Shown piece after piece: positions 29,366 to 37,179 of a stretch of DNA of 64,000 nucleotides. The DNA lies in assembly GCA_964478335.1 (NCBI GenBank), contig CAYZIC010000001.1:3638-67637 (forward strand). Direction: 5' to 3'. The DNA is from an uncultured Lentisphaeraceae bacterium (GTDB taxonomy: Bacteria; Verrucomicrobiota; Kiritimatiellia; RFP12; DVOR01). Position 1 is the stretch's first letter, and each line of letters begins with the position of its first letter. The position numbers and the translations under genes are program-made. Under the pieces are notes generated by a model that worked only from the letters and a program-made list of their open reading frames with translations, was not told the origin of the DNA and searched no databases.

Positions 29366-32300
29366 ATGAAAACTAAATTATTTAAACCATTACTCGCATG
29401 TGCTATTGTCTTGGCTATAGTGGGTGCGATTTTTGCCTACATTCGTTATGCGGCACCTACTCGCATCGCCTTTGTTGGATATCCTGAGTATATGATTGCA
29501 CAATCTTTGGATCAGCAGATTGACCCTGAGACGCAAGTCGATGTTGTTAAGTGGACAGAAAAGTCAGGTGCCGAGCTGCGTCACTATGATGCTATGATTT
29601 TCTTTGGTATGGGGCTTAAGTTTACCCCAGAGCAAGAGGTTATGATCAAATCGTTAAAAGCACCCCTATACGTAACTGCATCGACACGTCCCGAAACAAA
29701 ACTGGACACCTTTACCCCAGAGCAGTCAAAGCAAGTCCAAGCCTATTTGGGTGGTGGGCAGGCTAACTTTAAAGAGCTCCTACGCTACCTACGCTACACG
29801 GTCGATGGTAAGCGCATCAATGCTATTGCACCAAAGGCCCCCATTAAGATTGAGCATAAGCCATTTTTTCATGTCAAAGACCAAGATCAGTTTGCCAATT
29901 ATGACGACTATATGGACTTTTACAAAAAGAGCGGTCGATATAATGCCTCGCATCCCACAGTCTGTATCCTCAGTGGTAATGGCGGGGGCGCACTTGAGAT
30001 GCTGATTGATGCCTTTGAAAAACGTAACTTTAATGTCATAGGCACCTCGCTCTTTGGTTCTTTCCTTGAGGAAATGCAAAAAATAAAACCTGACCTTTTA
30101 ATCTATCAGCCACACGGACGCATTGGTCGCGGTGACCCAGACAAAACCTATGAGCTACTCAAGACGCTTAATGTCCCGTTACTCTGCCCAATCAAAGTCG
30201 GTCAACCCTATGATGAGTATCTCAAAGATCAGCGAGGGATGACTGGGGGGATGCTCAGTCAGAGCATCACGATGCCAGAGCTTGATGGCGGCATTGTCCC
30301 CTACGTCCTCTCCGCTCTTTACAAAAATAAACGAGGTCTTTATGTCTATAAAATGATTCCTGAGCGCCTCGAACGCTTTACTGAAATGGCCGTCAAACTC
30401 GTCGCGCTTAAGCGCAAGGCAAACTTTGACAAACGCATTGGTATCATTTATTACAAGGGACCAGGCAAAAACTCTACTGAAGCAGGCAGCATCGAGGTTG
30501 GAGATTCAATGCTCAATACCCTCCGCTATCTCAAAGAGCAAGGTTATGATACTGGAGACTTGCCCAAGTCTGTCGCCGCACTCCAAGAGCAGATCCAGCA
30601 AAATGGTGCCAATTTCAATACGTATGCCGCAGGTGCAAGAGAACGCTTTGTCAAGGAGGCCTCCATCCAAACGATTTCACCTGACACCTTTGCAAAGTGG
30701 GTCAAAAAAGCAATGCCAGATGACCTCTATGATGAGGTACGCAAACAATATGGCGACTTCCCAGGACAGTATTATGATGATGGACAAGGTAATCTCGCTC
30801 TCAGCCAGCTACGATTTGGTAAAATTGTCCTCATGCCACAAAGTGCCGCAGGTATCGGTAGCGATGATAATAAAATCGTGCATGGTGTCAAAATGGCACC
30901 TCCACACCATTACATTACCACCTATCTCTATCTCCAAAATAACGTTGATGCCATTATCCACTTTGGCACACACGGCAGCTTAGAGTTTACCCCGTGGAAA
31001 CAAGTCGCCCTCTCCTCATACGATTGGCCTGATGTCTTAATTGGATCGCTCCCACATTTCTATCTCTACGTCTGTAATAACATCGGTGAGGCTATTATCG
31101 CCAAGCGCCGTAGCTATGCCACAATGATGACACACCTCACGCCGCCTTTTATGCGTGCTGACGGATATGGCGAGCTCAATCAGCTAGACGAAAAAATCCA
31201 CTTCTACGCCAGCTGCGAGAATAGCGAGCTTAAGGCTGAATATGAAAAATCCATCATTGCTGTCGCCAAAGCTGAAAAATACGATGTCGACCTTAAGCTC
31301 TCTGACGACTTCCAAAAAGGCACCCTTACCCCAGAGGACTTCACCCGTCTACATGACTTTATTCATGAAATCAAGCTCTCCAAAGTCAATCGTGGCCTTT
31401 ATGTGATTGGCAGACCTTATACCCAAGAGGAGGCTCAAGAGACTGCGGGGCTCATGCTCGTCGATGTCATCGCTGATCAACTCTTTAAAAATGACCTGAC
31501 AGCGGGTAAAGTCCGCGAGGAGCAGCGCGATCAAGCTGGATTCTTTGAGCATCGCTACCGTGCCGCTGCACAAAAGCGCATCACAGACATCTTTGCAAAC
31601 CCAGACCGCTACCGCGATGGTAAGCTGAGTGTCAGACCGGCAGAAACCAAACCTGTCAAACCACACAAGATGCCAACTGCGACTATGTCCAAGAAAAAGC
31701 ACCCCTCTGCAGTACCAGCCAATATACCCGCTGCAATGAAAAAAATGATGGCTGCAAGGCAAGCTCCCCAAGCACCCAAACCTCAGCCCACCATTGAGCA
31801 ACAGACCCTCAAGGCAAAAGATGACCTCCTCATCTCTACTCCTCTTGAGCTCAAGACCATTGCCAATGCCCTCAATGGAGGATACATTATCCCAACATCA
31901 GGAGGTGACCCAATCGGCAATCCCGCCTGCGTACCTACGGGTAAAAATATGTATGGTATCGACCCTGAGCGCACCCCTACCAAAGAAAGCTTCGCCCTCG
32001 GCAAAAAGCTTGCCAAGCAGCTGATTCAAGCCAAGATTAAAGCCACTGGCAACTTCCCCAAAAAAGTAGCCTTTTCACTCTGGGGGGGCGAATTTATTCG
32101 TACACAGGGATCTGATATCGGTGAAATCTTTTATTTACTCGGGTGTGAGCCTATTTGGGATATGCGTGGCACCGTCAACGACGTACGACTGATCCCAATT
32201 GATCAACTCAAGCGTCCCCGTATCGATGTCATTGTACAGACCTCTGGGCAATTTCGAGGCGTTGCAACCAGTCGCATGCGCCTCATTGACAAAGCTGTCA

Positions 32301-33448
32301 AGCTCGCAGCTACTGACCCAGATACGCCTGATGCCAACAATTACGTTAAAGAGGGCTCTAGCATCATCGCTAAGTCTCTCATCAAAGCAGGCCTCACCCC
32401 AGAGAAAGCAAAAGCACTCGCCGATGCACGACTCTTTGGTGGAGTGGGTGGCAACTATGGCACCAATGCTCAAGGTATGATTCAATCTGGAGGCAAATGG
32501 GATGATCCAGACATTATTGGTGAGCTATACCTCAATAACATGGGTGCCCTGTATACCGATGACCACTGGGGAGAATTTGTGCCTGGTGCCTTCCGCGCGG
32601 CTGTACAAAATACCGATACTATCGTCCAATCCATCTCATCAAACTCATGGGGGACTCTTTCACTCGATCACGTCTATGAGTTTACTGGTGGTCTCAGCAG
32701 AGCTATTAAGACTGCAACTGGCAAAGATCCTGATGCCTACTTTAATAATATGCGCACGCCTGGACGAGCCAAAGTGCAAGAAGCTGGCGAAGCAATCATG
32801 ATCGAGGCTCGCGCATCTGTCCTCAATCCCAAATACCTTAAGGAAATGATGCAAGAGGGACCGGGCGGGGCAAGCCACTTCGCTGCCGTTTTCCAAAATA
32901 CATTTGGGTGGGAAGTCACCAAGCCGGACCTACTCGATCAACACCTCTGGGACGAGTATAAAAATGTCTTCATCGACGACGAACACAAACTTGGCATGCA
33001 AGAGTACTTTAATAAAAAGAATCCATATGCTTATCAAGAAATGACCGGTGTCATGCTCGAATCTGTCCGTAAAGGATATTGGCAACCCAATGAGCAAACC
33101 ATCAACAAGATCGCAAATATACACGCTGAGCTCGTTCGCAAGCATGGTGCTGGATGTAGTGGCTTTGTCTGTGACAATCCCAAACTACGCAAGATGATCG
33201 AAGCCGCCATCAAAGACCCACAAACGAAAGCCGACTACCAAAAAGCAATCAAAGAGGTCTTAGGGACTACCAAGAAACCAAAATCCCAAAAGGATAAGGA
33301 TGTTAAAGGGCAAGTCCTTAAAGAACAAAAGATCACTCCAGATCAAGTTACCAATAAAAACGAAAAAGCGATTTACGTAATAGGTGGCCTCGTCTTGCTA
33401 GCCATCCTACTCGTGCTGACAGGCACACGACGAAGCCGAGCCAAATAA
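29366..33448 (+). CDS. cobN: CobN/ChlH-family (metallo)chelatase large subunit, membrane-anchored at both termini
   Basis: The family-diagnostic motif IHFGTHGSLEFTPWKQ is present. The length (about 1360 aa) fits CobN/ChlH. TM segments sit at the N-terminus and the C-terminus. An RBS AGGAGA lies upstream. Confidence 0.75.
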   Translation: MKTKLFKPLLACAIVLAIVGAIFAYIRYAAPTRIAFVGYPEYMIAQSLDQQIDPETQVDVVKWTEKSGAELRHYDAMIFFGMGLKFTPEQEVMIKSLKAPLYVTASTRPETKLDTFTPEQSKQVQAYLGGGQANFKELLRYLRYTVDGKRINAIAPKAPIKIEHKPFFHVKDQDQFANYDDYMDFYKKSGRYNASHPTVCILSGNGGGALEMLIDAFEKRNFNVIGTSLFGSFLEEMQKIKPDLLIYQPHGRIGRGDPDKTYELLKTLNVPLLCPIKVGQPYDEYLKDQRGMTGGMLSQSITMPELDGGIVPYVLSALYKNKRGLYVYKMIPERLERFTEMAVKLVALKRKANFDKRIGIIYYKGPGKNSTEAGSIEVGDSMLNTLRYLKEQGYDTGDLPKSVAALQEQIQQNGANFNTYAAGARERFVKEASIQTISPDTFAKWVKKAMPDDLYDEVRKQYGDFPGQYYDDGQGNLALSQLRFGKIVLMPQSAAGIGSDDNKIVHGVKMAPPHHYITTYLYLQNNVDAIIHFGTHGSLEFTPWKQVALSSYDWPDVLIGSLPHFYLYVCNNIGEAIIAKRRSYATMMTHLTPPFMRADGYGELNQLDEKIHFYASCENSELKAEYEKSIIAVAKAEKYDVDLKLSDDFQKGTLTPEDFTRLHDFIHEIKLSKVNRGLYVIGRPYTQEEAQETAGLMLVDVIADQLFKNDLTAGKVREEQRDQAGFFEHRYRAAAQKRITDIFANPDRYRDGKLSVRPAETKPVKPHKMPTATMSKKKHPSAVPANIPAAMKKMMAARQAPQAPKPQPTIEQQTLKAKDDLLISTPLELKTIANALNGGYIIPTSGGDPIGNPACVPTGKNMYGIDPERTPTKESFALGKKLAKQLIQAKIKATGNFPKKVAFSLWGGEFIRTQGSDIGEIFYLLGCEPIWDMRGTVNDVRLIPIDQLKRPRIDVIVQTSGQFRGVATSRMRLIDKAVKLAATDPDTPDANNYVKEGSSIIAKSLIKAGLTPEKAKALADARLFGGVGGNYGTNAQGMIQSGGKWDDPDIIGELYLNNMGALYTDDHWGEFVPGAFRAAVQNTDTIVQSISSNSWGTLSLDHVYEFTGGLSRAIKTATGKDPDAYFNNMRTPGRAKVQEAGEAIMIEARASVLNPKYLKEMMQEGPGGASHFAAVFQNTFGWEVTKPDLLDQHLWDEYKNVFIDDEHKLGMQEYFNKKNPYAYQEMTGVMLESVRKGYWQPNEQTINKIANIHAELVRKHGAGCSGFVCDNPKLRKMIEAAIKDPQTKADYQKAIKEVLGTTKKPKSQKDKDVKGQVLKEQKITPDQVTNKNEKAIYVIGGLVLLAILLVLTGTRRSRAK

Positions 33449-33502
33449 TACATTATCAAGCAATGAGCTTGATAAAAAGTCACCCTGTCATCTGATCCCC
33501 AA

Positions 33503-33541
33503 AGTCCCAACTTGCGACTTGTCGCAAGTTGGGACTTTTTA
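33503..33541 (+). terminator. strong rho-independent terminator after cobN
   Basis: A perfect 16-bp stem (AGTCCCAACTTGCGAC/GTCGCAAGTTGGGACT) is followed by TTTTTAT. Confidence 0.8.
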
Positions 33542-33599
33542 TTGTGCACCCCTTAAGGGAGGATTAAATGGACGACTGTCTACATTCCTGCGGCGCAAG

Positions 33600-33664
33600 C
33601 CCCTCCTATTCACCAGGAGGCTACTTCTCCTACCTATTTTACCCATTAAAATTAAACAAGAGCC
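33600..33664 (+). mobile_element. ISL3-family right-end remnant (copy 2): degenerate transposase 3' codons plus terminal IR
   Basis: TTTTACCCATTAAAATTAAACAAGAGCC is homologous to the IR after the transposase fragment at 34261. Confidence 0.5.
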
Positions 33665-33783
33665 TAACAAATCGCCTCTTGTGCGATTATAGTGGGTGAC
33701 AGAGCAAAGAGCAGACCCCATGCCACGCCTGAGACCGAGACCAGTACTACCCCGCCCCATGATCCATTGCAATGGGATTACAA

Positions 33784-33875
33784 TTTGCCTTGCAATCCAT
33801 TGATCATTTGCCTTGTAACCCAAAAGACGAATGCCTTGCAACCCAAAAGAAGAATGCCTTGCAACCTATTTATGA
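33784..33875 (+). repeat. four tandem degenerate 23-bp repeats with core TGCCTTGCAA
   Basis: Core occurrences start at 33786, 33809, 33832 and 33855, giving an exact 23-bp period. A 12-bp perfect palindrome CCATTGCAATGG lies just upstream at 33766-33777. Confidence 0.6.
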
Positions 33876-34005
33876 CACCTTAGCAGACAGAGAGTAAAAC
33901 AGCACCATCGACACCGTCACCCAGACGGAGTCGACAGATTATTGCCATTCGATTAATCGCACCCTTAAGGATTTTTGAGGGTGGGCACTGGGGAGAGTAC
34001 GTCCA

Positions 34006-34030
34006 ACCCATTAAAATCGAACAAGATCCG
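34006..34030 (+). mobile_element. ISL3-family IR remnant (copy 3)
   Basis: AACCCATTAAAATCGAACAAGATCC is a degenerate copy of the same IR. Confidence 0.4.
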
Positions 34031-34084
34031 AATGGTTAAGCAACCATCGATCGATCGTTTTATTAAAACGCTAAGAAAGCACTT

Positions 34085-34290
34085 CAAGAGGTATCATTCA
34101 ATACTTTAACAGCTATATTACCAATGCAATTACCGAGGGTTTTAACTCTAAGATTCAAAACCTAAAGGCCAATGCAAAAGGCTTTCGTAACTTTGAAAAC
34201 TACAGGACTACAATCCTATTCTTTTGTGGAAAACTGGACCTAAGACCACATTTTACCCATCAAAATCACACAAGAGCCAAAAAACTTAAA
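34085..34290 (+). pseudogene. ISL3-family transposase C-terminal fragment with terminal IR (copy 4)
   Basis: The fragment translates to RGIIQYFNSYITNAITEGFNSKIQNLKANAKGFRNFENYRTTILFFCGKLDL, the conserved ISL3 Tnp C-terminus. It is followed by IR TTTTACCCATCAAAATCACACAAGAGCC. An upstream frameshift and stop interrupt it, and no N-terminal part is present. Confidence 0.7.
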
Positions 34291-34408
34291 AAAACGGCAA
34301 CTTAGTTATTTTTATTGTTGATTTTATTATATTGTTTTGCTATCCAAAAAGTAGCTTGTGAAACATATTTCGAAGGAATAACATTCTTCATTAACTGTTG
34401 GAGGTAGT

Positions 34409-35560
34409 ATGAAGTCCATTATTCTGTCACTCTTAATATCTGCTCTTACCTATCAAGTCTTGCACGCAGATTGGCCGTTAAAAGCCTACAAGATTTGTTG
34501 GGATTGTGGAGAGGGAATCCCAGCTGGTCAGACCACGTGCCCTTGCAAGCAAGGTGCTCGCAGACCATCCTCCCCTGCTACCAAGCAAGCACATCTGGCT
34601 CCCAATCGGCAAAAGTCAACCGCATCAAAAGACACATACAAACCGGCCTCCCAGGAAACCCTCTGCATTTCAGCCCCCAATCTGCCGTCAACACCTCCTA
34701 AGGGACGCTTTGTCAAAATTACGATTCCGAATGGTGGCCCCCTGTCATTAGCAGAGGTCGAGGTCATCTCTAATGGTGTCAATGTCGCACGACAAGGCAC
34801 CGCAACGCAAAGCACAACGGGATACAATGCTCACCCCAACTTAGCGATTGATGGCTGCAATGATGGATTTTTCGCGCACGGCTCCGCGACTCACACCTAT
34901 AATAGAGACAAGTCTCCTTATTGGCAACTCGACCTCAAGCAGGCCTACCCCATTGAGAAAATTGTCATCTGGAATCGTAATGATCGCGGTTGCTCCAAAC
35001 GGCTCGCCAACTACACCGTTACCATCAGCGATGACAAGCACGCTGTGGTCTGGGGTGGGAAACTGATTCCCCACGCTGCAATTTATGACACGCATATCCC
35101 CACCACAACCAAGCAAACGTATCAGCCTGCAAAGATGCGTCTACCTCAATATATTCGCATTTCACTCCCCCACCGAGGTATTATCTCCCTGGCGGAGATC
35201 GAAGTATTCTCCAATGGGGTCAATGTCGCTGGGAGCGGTACAGTACGTCAAAGTAGCACCTATATGATAGGCCAAGCCAAGCTCGCTATTGATGGCAACA
35301 AAAACGGCGACTATAACAAGGCTCTGTCTCACACACACCATGGAGACCCCAGCTCGACGCCCTATTGGCAACTAGCCCTAAAAGGCCCCATGCCCATTGA
35401 GAAGATCGTCATTTGGAATCGTTCAGACCCCGGTCTACACTCGCGACTCAACGGCATGCTCCTCACAATCCTAGATCGTGACTTTAAGCCAATCTGGCAA
35501 GAGGCGGTGGAGAAACCATCTCAATTTGACACGGTCTTTACATTTCAACCCAAAAGGTAG
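34409..35560 (+). CDS. secreted protein with two tandem F5/8 type C (discoidin)-like / galactose-binding-like domains
   Basis: A signal peptide is present. An internal duplication of about 150 aa is present (LSLAEVEVISNGVNVARQGTATQSTT... versus ISLAEIEVFSNGVNVAGSGTVRQSST..., each ending in PIEKIVIWNR). Confidence 0.6.
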   Translation: MKSIILSLLISALTYQVLHADWPLKAYKICWDCGEGIPAGQTTCPCKQGARRPSSPATKQAHLAPNRQKSTASKDTYKPASQETLCISAPNLPSTPPKGRFVKITIPNGGPLSLAEVEVISNGVNVARQGTATQSTTGYNAHPNLAIDGCNDGFFAHGSATHTYNRDKSPYWQLDLKQAYPIEKIVIWNRNDRGCSKRLANYTVTISDDKHAVVWGGKLIPHAAIYDTHIPTTTKQTYQPAKMRLPQYIRISLPHRGIISLAEIEVFSNGVNVAGSGTVRQSSTYMIGQAKLAIDGNKNGDYNKALSHTHHGDPSSTPYWQLALKGPMPIEKIVIWNRSDPGLHSRLNGMLLTILDRDFKPIWQEAVEKPSQFDTVFTFQPKR

Positions 35561-35586
35561 GTGAGACGCTTGCTCCTCTGTACAAG

Positions 35587-36651
35587 GTGATGGTCACCCC
35601 CAAAAAACGCCCAGTTGCGCAGGACTCCCCACGCCCAAAGAGTGTCGATGCGGTGCCCTCCCATCAACCCGCTCCCAAAGCCACAAAACAAAAGATACAC
35701 AAGAAATATTTATCCACCTTTAGGCAGACACTGAATAAAGCAAGCCGTCTCTTTGTGCAAACGAGGTCACCTTTTGAGAAGTTTCTCTACGCCTGTCAGA
35801 TACGGGGTATCTATGCCGCACTGGATGCCACCAAACACTACGAGGCGGTTAATCATTTAATCGAAACCACGCTCCTGCAAAAGATCAAGCACGGCTACTT
35901 ACCATGCGAAAAGTGTCACGGCAAAGGCTATTTTGGCTCCAACGCTAAGTCAAGCCAATGTAAAATCTGTAATGGCAGAGGCTATCGTTCCCTTAAATTG
36001 GTTGAGTATGATGCGCCTATTTTGATTCAGGGGTGGCAAGACGCAATCAAAACGATCTCGGCTAAATTAAAATCAGCGTCAACCAATCAGAGCTACTCCT
36101 CAGAAAATGTGACCTACCCAAAGGATATCATCTATGACCATCAATCTACATCTGGAAAGCTCTTCACTCAATTGACTCAGAGCGCTCTGGTAATCTGCCC
36201 AACATGCCATGGTGGTAAGATTATCTACTGTACAAAATGTAACAATTCGGGGAAGATTAATTGTTACGAGTGTGGCGGACGGGGCTATCAAAAGACATGC
36301 AGCTGCCGGTACAGATGTAATCACTGCGAGGGCAAAGGTAAGATAAAATGTTCGCGCTGCCCACCGCTGAGAGGATCTATTTGCAAGTCGTGCTCTGGTG
36401 CGGGATTTCGACCTGCTTGCACGCAGTGCAACGGTACAGGGTTGATATTGTGCACGAGCTGCAACAATACCAACCCCCACTGCAGCAAATGCAGGGGCAC
36501 AGGCTTTGTATTATGCAGGAAATGTAATGGTGCTGCTACCGCGCGCACTAATCTTGGCGCAAGGCACCAAGGATTTTGCGAGCTTGAGCCAGGTTGTAGC
36601 GTTCGGCTTGGGCTTGCCCCCCTCGTAAGCAGAGGGCGCTGTCTGCAATGA
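35587..36651 (+). CDS. cysteine-rich protein with about 14 CxxC(xGxG) zinc-knuckle repeats (DnaJ-CR-like)
   Basis: A basic N-terminus is followed by repeated CxxCxGxG units (CEKCHGKG, CKICNGRG, CPTCHGGK, CYECGGRG, CNHCEGKG, CKSCSGAG, CTQCNGTG, CSKCRGTG...). The 3' end overlaps a convergent minus-strand gene by about 100 bp. Confidence 0.6.
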   Translation: MMVTPKKRPVAQDSPRPKSVDAVPSHQPAPKATKQKIHKKYLSTFRQTLNKASRLFVQTRSPFEKFLYACQIRGIYAALDATKHYEAVNHLIETTLLQKIKHGYLPCEKCHGKGYFGSNAKSSQCKICNGRGYRSLKLVEYDAPILIQGWQDAIKTISAKLKSASTNQSYSSENVTYPKDIIYDHQSTSGKLFTQLTQSALVICPTCHGGKIIYCTKCNNSGKINCYECGGRGYQKTCSCRYRCNHCEGKGKIKCSRCPPLRGSICKSCSGAGFRPACTQCNGTGLILCTSCNNTNPHCSKCRGTGFVLCRKCNGAATARTNLGARHQGFCELEPGCSVRLGLAPLVSRGRCLQ

Positions 36652-36913
36652 GAATGAGTGGGGCGAGCCAGAGACCGTAGGGCAAGCTGATGGCTGCGCT
36701 GAGCACGGCGCTCCAAGTCAGTGTGAAGCGGACGGTGCGCCCTAAATAGAGGTTGGCAAGGGCGAGGGGGAAACAGGCGAGCACGGTAAAGGTGTCGGGG
36801 GATTTGAAGCGGCGTTGGGTTTCTCGATAATAGATGGCTTGCTGCTCTTGGGGTAAGCTCTGGGCTTGCTTGGCAAGGGCTGCCAAGGCGGCATAAATCT
36901 CGGTCAAGGTCAT
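36548..36913 (-). CDS. small two-TM membrane protein, hypothetical
   Basis: 121 aa with two hydrophobic helices. It is the last gene of the minus-strand hydF-slyX unit. Confidence 0.45.
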   Translation of the reverse strand: MTLTEIYAALAALAKQAQSLPQEQQAIYYRETQRRFKSPDTFTVLACFPLALANLYLGRTVRFTLTWSAVLSAAISLPYGLWLAPLILIADSALCLRGGQAQAERYNLAQARKILGALRQD

Positions 36914-36940
36914 GGGCGTTTATTCCCCTACTTGATGGGC

Positions 36941-37153
36941 TTAGTAGTGTGGGGGTGGGGTTTCTTCGGCTTGCGCACGAATGGCGGATTCGGTTAGGCG
37001 ATTTTGGATTTGGGTGACATGGGTAGTGAGCATCTCAATGATGCGGCCTTGGCGAATGATCTCGGTATTTAAATCGTCAAGGGTGCGGTCTTGGTTGGCA
37101 ATGATCATCTCGAGATCAATAACGCGAGCTTGCAGGTCGGTGAGGGTTTCCAT
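36941..37153 (-). CDS. slyX: SlyX-family coiled-coil protein
   Basis: 70 aa. METLTDLQARVIDLEMIIANQDRTLDDLNTEIIRQ matches the SlyX pattern. Confidence 0.65.
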   Translation of the reverse strand: METLTDLQARVIDLEMIIANQDRTLDDLNTEIIRQGRIIEMLTTHVTQIQNRLTESAIRAQAEETPPPHY

Positions 37154-37179
37154 GGGATGGGGAACTTTCCTAGTGGAGA

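Noticed and set aside
33692-33883. 63-aa ORF covering the 23-bp repeat array
   Set aside because: The translation is repeat-driven, with no RBS. The region is better explained as non-coding repeats and IS debris.
36321-36716. Minus-strand 131-aa ORF overlapping the 3' end of the Cys-rich gene and the small membrane gene
   Set aside because: It is in a different frame from the better-supported 36548-36913 gene. Its translation is Pro/Arg/Leu-rich frame-shadow sequence.
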